Below the pieces are notes generated by a model that worked only from the letters and a program-made list of their open reading frames with translations, had not been told where the DNA came from and did not search any database. A stretch of DNA of 64,000 bases from the IMG/VR virus record IMGVR_UViG_3300005201_000027. One strand, given 5' to 3'. Origin of the DNA: an uncultured virus (IMG/VR IMGVR_UViG_3300005201_000027) (Duplodnaviria; Heunggongvirae; Uroviricota; Caudoviricetes). The position numbers were made by a program, and so were the translations under genes. This document shows positions 1-9,509 of the stretch, piece by piece; the stretch's first letter is position 1, and each line of letters begins with the position of its first letter.

Positions 1-155
1 GATTATTATTAAAGCCTGTGGTTCTCTTTATAAAATATAGAATACTGGCGAATAAGAATTTTAATAAATTTAGTTATAACCCACAATTTCCATATTTTGT
101 TAATTGTCGGATAATTGAAAGAAAATTAAAATATTTTCATAAATTTCGGAAAATG

Positions 156-188
156 ACTGCCAAAATAGGGGTATTTTTGTGTTTATAT
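156..188 (+). promoter_or_regulatory. Putative phage-specific promoter motif ACTGCCAAAA-N13-GTGTTTATAT upstream of the structural operon
   Basis: Same bipartite motif with identical 13-nt spacer at 34112-34144 (+) and 34027-34059 (-). Confidence 0.65.
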
Positions 189-234
189 AGTAGAGAGATA
201 TTTTTAGACATTACCAACAAAATCTAAGTAGGAG

Positions 235-735
235 GTGGGAACGATGTCTGATGGACATGAAATTCAAGTACCGCCTGTTTACAACGGTATCAACTTAACA
301 GGATTAAGCGATAAGCAGATACAGTTCTGTGAAGCATATTCGCAGAATCTAGTAGTTAAATTTGCGGCACATGAATCTGGTTACAGCGAACGGCAAGCAT
401 CAAGACTATTACGCAGACCTGACATCAATGCTTATCTCCATTTCCTAGCTGACAATAGAAGATTCGGGACAATCCTTACTAAGAATGAATTATTGGAGGG
501 TTTGTCGAGTATCGCTAGAGGAGATGCTAAAGAAGAAGTAGTAACACCCGATGGACGTATGGTTTTAAAGAGCGGTAGCTTGAAGGACAGGGTTAAGGCT
601 TACGAGATAATCGCTAAAGCACAAGGATACTTCGATAAGGTAGAAGACATCAATCAGGCTACGGTTATTGATATCGGATTTGCTAATGAAGTAGAACCGA
701 GTTATATTGAAGCTGAAAGTAAGGTGATTGATTAA
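235..735 (+). CDS. terS: Terminase small subunit
   Basis: LSDKQIQFCEAY...AAHESGYS...ASRLLRRPDI HTH and KDRVKAYEII motif; RBS AGGAGG; first gene of packaging module. Confidence 0.9.
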   Translation: MGTMSDGHEIQVPPVYNGINLTGLSDKQIQFCEAYSQNLVVKFAAHESGYSERQASRLLRRPDINAYLHFLADNRRFGTILTKNELLEGLSSIARGDAKEEVVTPDGRMVLKSGSLKDRVKAYEIIAKAQGYFDKVEDINQATVIDIGFANEVEPSYIEAESKVID

Positions 736-1031
736 TGCAAGTATTATCTTGGAGTGAAGAAGAAAAAGAAACAATGTACAACTACGATTATTTGACTAAG
801 ACTTGGTATTGCATCACTAGCGTACCGTCTCACATCACACACGCTACGAAGAACTTTGGCGATAAGGTTGAGGTGCTAACGGTCAATGAATCAGGTAAGC
901 CAACTCAGATTAGATTTGAATTAGACGATACAGAGGTAAATCTAAAGCCCTTGAAAAAAAGGGTGCTGTCAGATGAGAAAAAAGCAATTATAGCAGAAAC
1001 TATGAAAAAAGCTAGAAACAATGCTGTTTAA
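735..1031 (+). CDS. Hypothetical phage protein
   Basis: 98-aa ORF coupled to terS (TAATG overlap), RBS AAGGTG. Confidence 0.7.
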   Translation: MQVLSWSEEEKETMYNYDYLTKTWYCITSVPSHITHATKNFGDKVEVLTVNESGKPTQIRFELDDTEVNLKPLKKRVLSDEKKAIIAETMKKARNNAV

Positions 1032-1144
1032 ATCAATTCTATGACTAGAAACCATCGTTGCAACGTTGTTTTGAACACACAACTCCCTTTCGGAGTATAA
1101 ACAGTCCAACTATTGAATTAATTCCCCCAGAGATAGATTAAACA

Positions 1145-1445
1145 AAGCGTCTGGTTAAAACTCATGAGCATCAGTACAGGGTTAGAAGTGCTCACCTAAA
1201 TTAGAGTTAAGCGTTATGAGACATATTCCATGCACATCTTGGGCTGAAACCATTGTAATGCACTGTAAAGAAAGTGTAAACCAAGTGGATAACAGACGTT
1301 GCAGAAAACTTTAGGGGTTGGCTTTCATCAGCAATCGACTGGCGCAAGTTTGGTTAGAGCGTCAGATAAAATAATTGGACACATTATTCCGAAGCTAATG
1401 TGCAGTCAAGGTTTTGTTAGTTGAACCAGTTTAATCAACTGACTT
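1145..1445 (+). ncRNA. Candidate large structured ncRNA upstream of tRNA cluster
   Basis: No long ORF; nested complementary segments GCGTCTG/CAGACGT, TGAGCA/TGCTCA, TCCA..CTTGG/CCAAG-TGGA, CTGGCGC/GCGTCAG, CACATTA/TAATGTG, GTTAGTTGA/TCAACTGAC. Confidence 0.55.
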
Positions 1446-1451
1446 AAATAT

Positions 1452-1527
1452 GGAGATTATGGTGAAATGGTTATCACGCTAGTTTGTGGCACTAGAGTTC
1501 TCGTTTCGACTACGGGTAATCTTCCCA
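1452..1527 (+). tRNA. tRNA-His(GTG)
   Basis: G-1:C73 pair, acceptor GAGATTA/TAATCTT, anticodon arm CTAGT-TTGTGGC-ACTAG, TTCGA T-loop, encoded CCA. Confidence 0.92.
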
Positions 1528-1531
1528 ATAA

Positions 1532-1606
1532 ATCCTTGTAGCTTAATGGATAAAGTCACCGCCTCCTAAGCGGTAGATGCAGTTTCGACTACTGCCAAGG
1601 ATGCCA
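1532..1606 (+). tRNA. tRNA-Arg(CCT)
   Basis: Acceptor ATCCTTG/CAAGGAT, anticodon arm ACCGC-CTCCTAA-GCGGT, T-arm GCAGT-TTCGACT-ACTGC, CCA end. Confidence 0.93.
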
Positions 1607-1608
1607 AA

Positions 1609-1672
1609 TGCGCCAATAGCTCTGGTGAGCGGATTAGTTTCCGAGTATGGTTCGATTCCATACGGCGCACCG
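1609..1672 (+). pseudogene. Degenerate tRNA / tRNA-like RNA with shrunken anticodon arm
   Basis: TGCGCC/GGCGCA acceptor, TAGCTC-TGGT-GAGC D-arm, perfect T-arm TATGG-TTCGATT-CCATA; anticodon arm only GGA-TTAGTT-TCC; ends CCG. Confidence 0.7.
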
Positions 1673-1795
1673 CATTAAATTTAATATTTACGCATAGGGA
1701 TTCGTTCTCCTGTAATCTCCTTATAAGACGTAAGATGAGCCTTAGCGCAGGTTAGGAGCAGGAGCTTAACAGTGTAAGTCGCCGAGGCTGGCCAT

Positions 1796-1870
1796 AAGGG
1801 TTTAGTTTATTTAGTAAAATGACGGTCTCCAAAACTGTAGAACAGGGTGCAATTCCTTGAACCTTTGCCA
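1796..1870 (+). tRNA. tRNA-Trp(CCA)
   Basis: Acceptor AAGGGTT/AACCTTT, anticodon arm ACGGT-CTCCAAA-ACTGT, CCA end. Confidence 0.9.
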
Positions 1871-1896
1871 ATTAATAAAAATATTGGGGTGAGAAG

Positions 1897-3986
1897 ATGG
1901 CTAAACCAAATTCCCCGTCAAAAATTAAGTTGAATTTTTCTTCTAAAGAAGCTGTGTTCAACGATTACTTATTGAAATATGATTACAACGGTAACGAGAT
2001 TAATTTCTTAGAGGATTACACGACACGTAACTTCGTTCTATGGGGAGGCGGAGGTAGCGGTAAGACATGGGGAATATGGCAGAAACTTTTAATTAAAGCG
2101 TGCACCTATGATGATACACGTATCTTTGCGTTTCGTAAAGAATTAGCATCGGTTAGGAATACGATTTGGAACAACTTAGTTATGTTGTTGAAAGAATGGG
2201 GATTATACAACGTTAGCCACATTAACAACACTAACTATGAAGTCACTTTGCCTAACGGTGCGTTTATTACTTGCAAAGGACTGGATAAACGAAAACATTG
2301 TTCAGTATAAACCTATCTAAACGGTGAAACGCTCTTTGAGCCAATACCGTGCTAAATCTAATTTTAATTCAAGTCCGAGGGAGGAATGCTTTAAAATGAA
2401 TTGGAAACCAGTTGTTGGCTATGAGGGTGTTTACATAGTTAGCGAAAACGGGGATGTTAAAAATATTTCTAAAAAACGAGGTAGAAAAAAAGGTCTAATG
2501 AAAAGGCACTTAACCAAACAAATGCGGAGCAACATCAAGCAACGACATTATTACAAAGTAAGGAAAGATGGAGTAAATAAATCATTGTTTGTGCATATTG
2601 CGGTAGCTAAGGCATTCGTACCCAATCCGAAAAAATTACCACAAGTCAACCATATTGACGGAGACCCTTTGAATAACCATTACTCTAATCTTGAATGGTC
2701 AACATCGGAAGATAACATAAATCACGCTTTCGACAATTTACTAATTAAAACTAGGAAACCAGTTTTGCAGTTAAATGAGGACGGTTCAATTAGAAAAAGG
2801 TTTGAGGGTGAAGCGGTTGCTTGTAGAGCGATTGGTGTAAGTCAAGGAAAGATTGGACGTGCAATTAGAGGGAAACATCGAAGTGGCGGATATTACTGGG
2901 AGTACGAAGTAAATGCCTAACGACTATCGAAAGCACGCAAAGTAGGCGGAAGCGAGTAGAGTAGCAACTAAGTAGTTGCGAAACGGTAGGGGATGAGATT
3001 AATCCAAGATATAGTCTGAACTATATGGTGACATATAGAGGAGTATTAGCGCTACTCTGTAACACAAAAAGGATGTTGAGAAAGTTAAGGGATTATTTGC
3101 TAGCGATATATTCGTAGATGAAGTTACATCAATACTTGAATCGGATTATGATGAGTTGCAAGTACGTTTGAGGGGTAAATTCCCTAGGACGAAACAATTC
3201 TATGTCGCAATGAACCCAATCAGTAAGAATAACTGGACTTATCGTAGATGGTTCTCTAAAGATTCTGTAATACCTAGCGATACTATCGTCATGAAGTCAA
3301 CGTTTAGGGACAACAAGTTCTTATCTGAATCTGATGCTGTCATGTACAGCAACATGAAGAAAACGAATTACAAGAAGTGGCAGATTATGGCTAACGGTGA
3401 GTTCGTAAATGATGGTAAGTTGATTTACGAGAATGTTGTAGTAGAAGCGTTTGATGAGCACCAGTTACGAAAAGATGGCTTGAAGCCGAAGTTTGGTTTG
3501 GATTATGGTTACATGGCGGATGAGAGTTCATTTTGTTATTTACTTATTGACGAAAAGAATATGAAGATATACTTTGCCGATGAAATGTATGAAAAAGCTA
3601 TGAGCAACAGAGAGATAGCGAAATGGATTACAAAGAATGGTTACTCGAAAGAAGTAATCATAGCTGATTCATCTGAACCCAAATCCAACGATGAGCTTAG
3701 ACGATTGGGTATTACGAGGTTGAAGTCAGCACGCAAAGGTAAGGATTCGGTACTGAATGGCATTCAGTTTATTCAGAACTTCCAGATAATTGTACATCCA
3801 TCTTGCGTGAACGCTTTGAATGAGTTTGAGAATTATACTTGGAAGAAGGATAGGCAGACGGGGCTTTATACCAATAAACCTATTGATTCTTACAGTCACT
3901 TAATGGATGCAATGCGATATGGAATGCAGGATATGATGAGACAGACTAAGCTAAGGAGCTTCAACAAAGGCTTCCTAGGCTTATAA
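1897..3986 (+). CDS. terL: Terminase large subunit (PBSX family), spliced: exon 1 1897-2286, exon 2 3072-3986 (~434 aa)
   Basis: Walker A GGGGSGKT in exon 1; splice restores KGLD-DVEKVKG and Walker B IFVDE; nuclease GLDYG and HLMDAMRY in exon 2. Confidence 0.93.
2287..3071 (+). mobile_element. Group I intron (IA-like) in terL
   Basis: P1 CTGGAT/GTTCAG with U-G at splice site, P10 ACATT/GATGT, P3 CCTATC/GGTAGG, P7 GACTA with AAGATATAGTCT, terminal G3071, frame restored. Confidence 0.93.
2396..2920 (+). CDS. Intron-encoded NUMOD4-HNH-NUMOD1 homing endonuclease
   Basis: WKPVVGYEGVYIVSENG, VNHIDGDPLNNHYSNLEW; RBS GAGGGAGG before ATG 2396. Confidence 0.92.
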   Translation: MNWKPVVGYEGVYIVSENGDVKNISKKRGRKKGLMKRHLTKQMRSNIKQRHYYKVRKDGVNKSLFVHIAVAKAFVPNPKKLPQVNHIDGDPLNNHYSNLEWSTSEDNINHAFDNLLIKTRKPVLQLNEDGSIRKRFEGEAVACRAIGVSQGKIGRAIRGKHRSGGYYWEYEVNA

Positions 3987-4023
3987 TTTTAAAAAAATAT
4001 GAACAAACGTACAGATAAAGGAG

Positions 4024-5472
4024 GTGGGCATTATTAACGCAAGAAGCGGTTGGGCAACTCGTGTCCACCATTTACCGTATGATTTCGATGAATTAGAGCT
4101 ATGGGAATTGGTGGAAAGATTCATACGAGAACAACGTAACTACGATATCCTTAACGATTATTACATTGGTCGTCACGATATCTTGAATGACCCTATCGAA
4201 AATGATGGGAAGCCTGATAACAGGGTTGTTGCCAATCTATTCAAAATGATTGTAGACACCTCTACGGCATACGCTTTTGGTAATCCTATTACCTACACGT
4301 CTAAGGATGAGGGGTTGTTGGCAGATTTGAAAGAAGTTTTGGCTGCAAACAATTCACAAGATTTAGACCGAGAATTGGGAAGATTCGCTAGTCACATGGG
4401 TCATGGATTTGAGTTCCATTATATTGACGAGGGCTACCATAGAATCAAGTACCGCTCGCCAAGGAATGTGTTGGCAATCTATTCAGCCGACATTAACGAG
4501 AGGTTGATTTGTGCAGTAGATGTATTCCAAGTAGAACACGCTATTAGTAATCAAGAAATTGGTTATGTTGATGTATACCGTGAGGATACAATCACTAGAT
4601 ATATGCGTGAGGGTGAGGGTGTCTACACACAAGTACAACAAGAACGTCATACATTTGGGGAAGTGCCTGTGGTCGAATTTATGGGCAATGATTTCCGTAT
4701 GGGTGATGCAGAACCGATTATGCCACTTCAAGATGCGTATAACCGTACTTTCAGCGATTCTGTCAACGAAGTTAATTATCAAGCTGATGCCTACCTTGTG
4801 CTTAAAAACATGGAAGAAACAGAAGCGGAAGATTTACAAAACATGAGACGTAATCGCTCATTACTGTTACCTGCCGAGGGAGAAGCATTCTTCTTAAATC
4901 GTAATGTCAACGATACTCACGAACAACACGTAAGGGAAGAATTAGTGGAAAATATCCATAAGATTTCTGCTGTTCCTAATCTGTCGGATGAACGATTTGC
5001 GACCAACTTGTCTGGTGTGGCTATCCATGCTAAAACACAGTCGCTAGAGTTCTTGACTACGATTAAGGAAAGCAAGTTCAAAATCGCTATCCGCAAACGA
5101 CTAAGGTTAATCTTTAGGACACTCCAACAGCAAACTGGACGTGACTTAGAGGGTGCGGAGAATCGGGTAGAGCCAGTATTTACTCGCAACTTGCCATCAA
5201 ACCTTGCGGAACTTGCTGATATTTCCATCAAAACAGAGGGCACAATCAGTAGGCACACGATGCGCTCACAGATTCCATTTATCCATGACTTAGAGCGTGA
5301 AGCGGAACTTATTGAAGAAGAGATGATGGCTAAAGTTCGATTAGAATTGATGCGAGATTCTGCATTAAGCGGTGGCAACGGTGACTTGGACTTGGAACTA
5401 GATGAGCCTGATACCATTGATGATGAAAACGATGGTATGAATGATTACAACCGACAGCATCAGCGTGATTAG
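4024..5472 (+). CDS. Portal protein (SPP1 gp6-like)
   Basis: DYYIGRHDIL, KPDNRVVAN, HTFGEVPVVEF, NLSGVAI motifs; follows terL. Confidence 0.92.
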   Translation: MGIINARSGWATRVHHLPYDFDELELWELVERFIREQRNYDILNDYYIGRHDILNDPIENDGKPDNRVVANLFKMIVDTSTAYAFGNPITYTSKDEGLLADLKEVLAANNSQDLDRELGRFASHMGHGFEFHYIDEGYHRIKYRSPRNVLAIYSADINERLICAVDVFQVEHAISNQEIGYVDVYREDTITRYMREGEGVYTQVQQERHTFGEVPVVEFMGNDFRMGDAEPIMPLQDAYNRTFSDSVNEVNYQADAYLVLKNMEETEAEDLQNMRRNRSLLLPAEGEAFFLNRNVNDTHEQHVREELVENIHKISAVPNLSDERFATNLSGVAIHAKTQSLEFLTTIKESKFKIAIRKRLRLIFRTLQQQTGRDLEGAENRVEPVFTRNLPSNLAELADISIKTEGTISRHTMRSQIPFIHDLEREAELIEEEMMAKVRLELMRDSALSGGNGDLDLELDEPDTIDDENDGMNDYNRQHQRD

Positions 5473-5474
5473 CC

Positions 5475-6329
5475 ATGAGCAATCAAAGACAAGTTAATCG
5501 CACGTTGGAAATACTCATGCGAAGAAATCTTAGGCGCAACAGTCGTCAATTCGCTAGGCTTAGGCGTTCTTACAGGCAACTGTACGATAAGGCATTTGGG
5601 GAAATGACCTCTATCGCTAGGGAATATGGTCTAGAATTTGACGAAATCAATAGTGCTAATTCTCCTGATTACATCATGTACAGACGTGATGCTAGGTTAG
5701 TTCGATTGGAAGTAGAGATTAGAGAAGAAATGTTGCGACTGAATGCTTTATATCTAGCCTTGTTGCTACATACGCTACGGCAAGTGCAGTTAGATTCGCT
5801 TGAAACCACGTTCCGACTATTTGATATTCAAACTCCTAGAGCTGATTTTGAATTTAAACATGCCCAAACATTAGCTCCAAGGGTTGATTTCAATATGTTG
5901 TGGCAACGTAACACCAAAGATATGACAGACCGCCTTATCGGAATCGTTCGCACAGGGGATTATTCAACTGCTGGACGTAAATTCGACAAGGCTTTTGTCA
6001 ATATCAATTTTCAACTTAACCGAACATTTGTATCTGCCATCAACGATACGGTCAATGATGTGGTACGGGCAACGGTACAGGAGTTAGAAATAGCTTTTGT
6101 AAAGTGGTCGGATTACAATGAGCGCTATGGTTTTGGCACAGGTTCGGCGGAAGTTTGCCCAGCTTGTAGGGCAATGAGCAGTGGCGGTTATTTGGGCAGA
6201 GGGATTTATCCTAGCAGTAAATTCAGGGTTGGGAAAGTCGCACTGCACCCACACTGTAGATGTCTGGCAATTCCAGTCGTAGATTCACAATTATTAACAC
6301 AATTAAATGAACTGCATAGGGGCAATTAG
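5475..6329 (+). CDS. Minor head protein (SPP1 gp7/MuF-like)
   Basis: VCPAC...LHPHCRC motif; follows portal. Confidence 0.85.
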   Translation: MSNQRQVNRTLEILMRRNLRRNSRQFARLRRSYRQLYDKAFGEMTSIAREYGLEFDEINSANSPDYIMYRRDARLVRLEVEIREEMLRLNALYLALLLHTLRQVQLDSLETTFRLFDIQTPRADFEFKHAQTLAPRVDFNMLWQRNTKDMTDRLIGIVRTGDYSTAGRKFDKAFVNINFQLNRTFVSAINDTVNDVVRATVQELEIAFVKWSDYNERYGFGTGSAEVCPACRAMSSGGYLGRGIYPSSKFRVGKVALHPHCRCLAIPVVDSQLLTQLNELHRGN

Positions 6330-6360
6330 CAACTAAGCAGGTCTAGGGGAGATTAAAAAG

Positions 6361-7044
6361 ATGGATGAAAACGAAACAAACGTACAAGAAACGGTGATTG
6401 CACCGACTGAAACACAAGGTACTTCAACTAATGAAGTAGAGATTACAGTAGAACAGCTGACTACTTTAGTCAAGTCTAATCCTGCCGTATTGAAAGACGT
6501 ACTGAAAGAGGATTTTGCACAGCCTTATTTGCAACCTCATAAAGACGCACATTTCACTAAGGGACTGAAAACGTGGCAAGAAAATAATTTAGATTCAATC
6601 GTTAACGCAAAGCTAGCTGAACTTAACCCTGCGGAAACAGCAGAGCAAAAACAGTTGCGTGAGCTTCAACAACAATTAAATCAAATGGCTAATCAAAACA
6701 AGCAAAAAGAACTTGAACTAACCAAAGTAGGAATCTTATCCGAAGTTGGCTTAGGGAACGAGTTTTCTAAATTTGTAGTAGGAGATTCGGAGGAGGGCTT
6801 ACGACAATCAGCAACTGAATTCCGACAATTACTAGATACAGCCATTAAGATTAATGTTGACGAACAAGTTAACGAACGCTTCAAATCAGCTACGATTAAG
6901 CCTAATGCTGACCTACCTGTAACTGGTGGGAGCAAGGATTTTGCATCAATGACTTACGCAGAACGTGATGCCTTGTACCGCCAAAATCCTGCACAGTATC
7001 AACAGCTTAAAACAGCTAGCATCAACAAAACACTCAAAAACTAG
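6361..7044 (+). CDS. Capsid scaffolding protein (DUF4355-like)
   Basis: Coiled-coil, ETAEQKQLREL, C-terminal MTYAER...NPAQY; precedes MCP. Confidence 0.8.
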   Translation: MDENETNVQETVIAPTETQGTSTNEVEITVEQLTTLVKSNPAVLKDVLKEDFAQPYLQPHKDAHFTKGLKTWQENNLDSIVNAKLAELNPAETAEQKQLRELQQQLNQMANQNKQKELELTKVGILSEVGLGNEFSKFVVGDSEEGLRQSATEFRQLLDTAIKINVDEQVNERFKSATIKPNADLPVTGGSKDFASMTYAERDALYRQNPAQYQQLKTASINKTLKN

Positions 7045-7056
7045 GGGGAGTCATTA

Positions 7057-7944
7057 ATGGCTACAAATCACAACCCAAATGGGTTACCGCACCAACCATT
7101 CCCAGCTAACTCATTTATCGGGGGATTAACGCAACCGCCTTTCCAAGCACCTCATGCTAACGGGATTGTTGCTAACGATTCATTAAATTTTCCAGTAATC
7201 GGAGACACCATTTACGAAGCTTTTATCAAAAACGTAATGTTAGCTCCATTAGCCGATATCGGCACAACTTTAGTAGGCGTTAACGGTTCTACTATCATGC
7301 ACACCAAGTACTCATTCATCGGCCCTGCCTTTGATATTCAAGAGGGTGTGCGCATTGATACCACTAAAATCCGTCCCGAAACGGTAGCTTACCAAATTAA
7401 AGGTGTCGGTCACGGTATCAAATTTACACGAGAGCAGATGAACCATGACGGTACTCTTGTGACAGAATCTGTACGACAATTCGCAGAAGCGTTTGCCGAC
7501 AAATTGGAGATTGACCTCTTCAACGTAGCTCGTCAAGCACCTACTGGCGGTACAGTTCCACTTACTCGTGAGGGTATGGCACAATTGGCAGTAGCTTTCG
7601 GAGAAAATTCTTACGAAGCCGTATTGCTGGTTTCTCCTGCAACTTATGCACGTATCTTAGGGTCAGACTGGATTGCTCACTTACGGGCAGAGGGTGCTAC
7701 TCATTTGATTTCAGGTTCTTTACCGACAATCTTTGGGTATGAAATCCGTATGTCTAACCGTGTTGAAGACGGCGAAATGTTACTAATCCGTCGTGGCGCA
7801 CTTGCTGTTGAGTATGGTCAAACCGTAGAGGTAGAATCCCAATACGATGCAGGTACTCGTGAGACTGAAATCTTTGCGCACGCACAATACGTGGCTTACT
7901 TAAAACGTGAATCACACTTGTTGCAGTTCACGGTGGGAAACTAA
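7057..7944 (+). CDS. Major capsid protein
   Basis: 295 aa after scaffold; LAPLADIGTTLVGVNGSTI, PTIFGYEIRMSNRV, RRGALAV typical of Firmicute phage MCPs. Confidence 0.88.
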   Translation: MATNHNPNGLPHQPFPANSFIGGLTQPPFQAPHANGIVANDSLNFPVIGDTIYEAFIKNVMLAPLADIGTTLVGVNGSTIMHTKYSFIGPAFDIQEGVRIDTTKIRPETVAYQIKGVGHGIKFTREQMNHDGTLVTESVRQFAEAFADKLEIDLFNVARQAPTGGTVPLTREGMAQLAVAFGENSYEAVLLVSPATYARILGSDWIAHLRAEGATHLISGSLPTIFGYEIRMSNRVEDGEMLLIRRGALAVEYGQTVEVESQYDAGTRETEIFAHAQYVAYLKRESHLLQFTVGN

Positions 7945-8036
7945 TTACCCCAACTGCTTCTACTGTTGAAGTAGAGTTGGGTAAAGAAGTTCCTAAACCT
8001 AAAGCAAAACGAGTAACTAAAAAATTGGAGGAATAA
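7935..8036 (+). other. Putative -1 programmed frameshift giving MCP a 31-aa C-terminal extension
   Basis: G-GGA-AAC heptamer just before TAA, downstream hairpin, -1 frame open to 8036. Confidence 0.7.
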
Positions 8037-8038
8037 TC

Positions 8039-8356
8039 GTGGAGGAGTCTATGGACAAGTTAAGAATCGAATTGGGCATAGACCCTAACGATTCTTCAAC
8101 TAATCGACAGTTAGAATTAATCTTGGAAAAAGCCATGTGGAGAGTGTTCGATTTAACGAATAGAGACGAATTAGTTGGCGGTATGGAGAGTATCGTAAGG
8201 GAATTAACCGTAATTGCTTGGAACAGACGTGGCATGGAGGGTGAATCAAGACGTACAGAGGGTGGTTTAGACACTACTTTCAAGGTTGAGATGACTTCTG
8301 ACATCAAGGCACGTTTGAAAAAATACCGTATCGGCAATAGGTTGGTGTTACTATGA
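8039..8356 (+). CDS. Head-tail connector (gp15-like)
   Basis: IAWNRRGMEGESRRTEGG motif; position. Confidence 0.85.
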   Translation: MEESMDKLRIELGIDPNDSSTNRQLELILEKAMWRVFDLTNRDELVGGMESIVRELTVIAWNRRGMEGESRRTEGGLDTTFKVEMTSDIKARLKKYRIGNRLVLL

Positions 8357-8688
8357 GGGGCAACCCAGACCGTTTCACCAAATGCTATTTGCGAGAGATG
8401 TATACTGACCAAGATGATGACGGGCTTGATTATATCGCTTACGGAAAACCTAAGCCGATTGACTTGATTCTACGAGTTGCGGACAATTCTAGTGGCGAAA
8501 TCATGACAAACGAGCCTAAGCTAATCTTTGAAGCAGTTTATTACGGTGATTTGCTTGATTTTAGGAACAACGTCAATGATGGAGTTTGCTTATTTGTTGA
8601 TTCCAACACTGAGCCAGACTTTGAGATTACGTTTATTTCTCCCTTTACTAGACATATGACCGTAAGGTTGGAAAGTAGGGTTGGGTAG
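8353..8688 (+). CDS. Head closure / head-tail joining protein
   Basis: NDGVCLFV..EPDFEI; ATGA coupling; synteny. Confidence 0.7.
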   Translation: MRGNPDRFTKCYLREMYTDQDDDGLDYIAYGKPKPIDLILRVADNSSGEIMTNEPKLIFEAVYYGDLLDFRNNVNDGVCLFVDSNTEPDFEITFISPFTRHMTVRLESRVG

Positions 8689-9144
8689 ATGGGAGTTAAG
8701 ATTAAAGTTAAAGCAAAACATGGTTGGAAGAAGATTCATAAAGCCATCAAGTTAATCAAACAAGGTGCTGAAAATGGTTTGGATACAGTTGTCAACAAGA
8801 CCCAAGACAGATTTCAGGAAAATGCTCCTGTCATGTGGGGGGATTTGATTAGCAGTATCCGCATTGAAGACGGTAATTTGGAGCGAAAAGTCATAGTAGA
8901 TGCTGACCATGCAGGATTCGTAGAGTTCGGTACCGGTAAGCATAATACCAAATTTGGGGGTAGAAGCACACCTTGGGCATTTACGCATCCAGAAGCAGTA
9001 AACCCAGAAACTAACCCAAACGGTATTGTTTGGACTACTGGACAAGAAGCACAGAGACCATTAGGTAGAGCCGTCGAATCACTAGAAGGGCAAATTGAAG
9101 TAGATGTTGCTAACGCTATGCGAGAGGAGTTGCAAAAATTATGA
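8689..9144 (+). CDS. HK97 gp10-like tail completion protein
   Basis: APVMWGDLISSI, HAGFVEFGTG, TTGQEAQRPL. Confidence 0.88.
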   Translation: MGVKIKVKAKHGWKKIHKAIKLIKQGAENGLDTVVNKTQDRFQENAPVMWGDLISSIRIEDGNLERKVIVDADHAGFVEFGTGKHNTKFGGRSTPWAFTHPEAVNPETNPNGIVWTTGQEAQRPLGRAVESLEGQIEVDVANAMREELQKL

Positions 9145-9497
9145 CAAACATTAGACCTGTTATAATCAAAGCCTTGCGTGAAATTTATAGTGTTAAAAGC
9201 GTCACACAAACCTACCCGAAAGATTGGAAAGACTTTCCGTTGATTTTAGTCAGGTTTCAACACCGAACTAGGTTCAGGGGAGCAGACAAAAAGGAATGGC
9301 ATACGAGTTGGACGATTGATGTAGAAGTATTTTCTACCTCTAACCCTTATGGTATCGTAGAGGAAGTCCACGACATTCTGGGGGAAATGGGTTTTACAGG
9401 TAATATGCGAGATGCACACACCGATGATTTTAACAGAGTAATCGGTAGATATAGAGGGGTAGTCCAGAATGATTCTGGGCTAGTCTTTAGGAGATAA
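9141..9497 (+). CDS. Tail terminator protein
   Basis: YPKDWKDFPLI...RYRGVV; synteny. Confidence 0.75.
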   Translation: MTNIRPVIIKALREIYSVKSVTQTYPKDWKDFPLILVRFQHRTRFRGADKKEWHTSWTIDVEVFSTSNPYGIVEEVHDILGEMGFTGNMRDAHTDDFNRVIGRYRGVVQNDSGLVFRR

Positions 9498-9509
9498 GGG
9501 GAGATTTAA

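Noticed and set aside
1631..1642. Degenerate tRNA as an ochre suppressor explaining the in-frame TAA at 30560
   Set aside because: Loop geometry is non-canonical, and TAA, TAG and TGA all act as normal stops genome-wide; no sign of recoding
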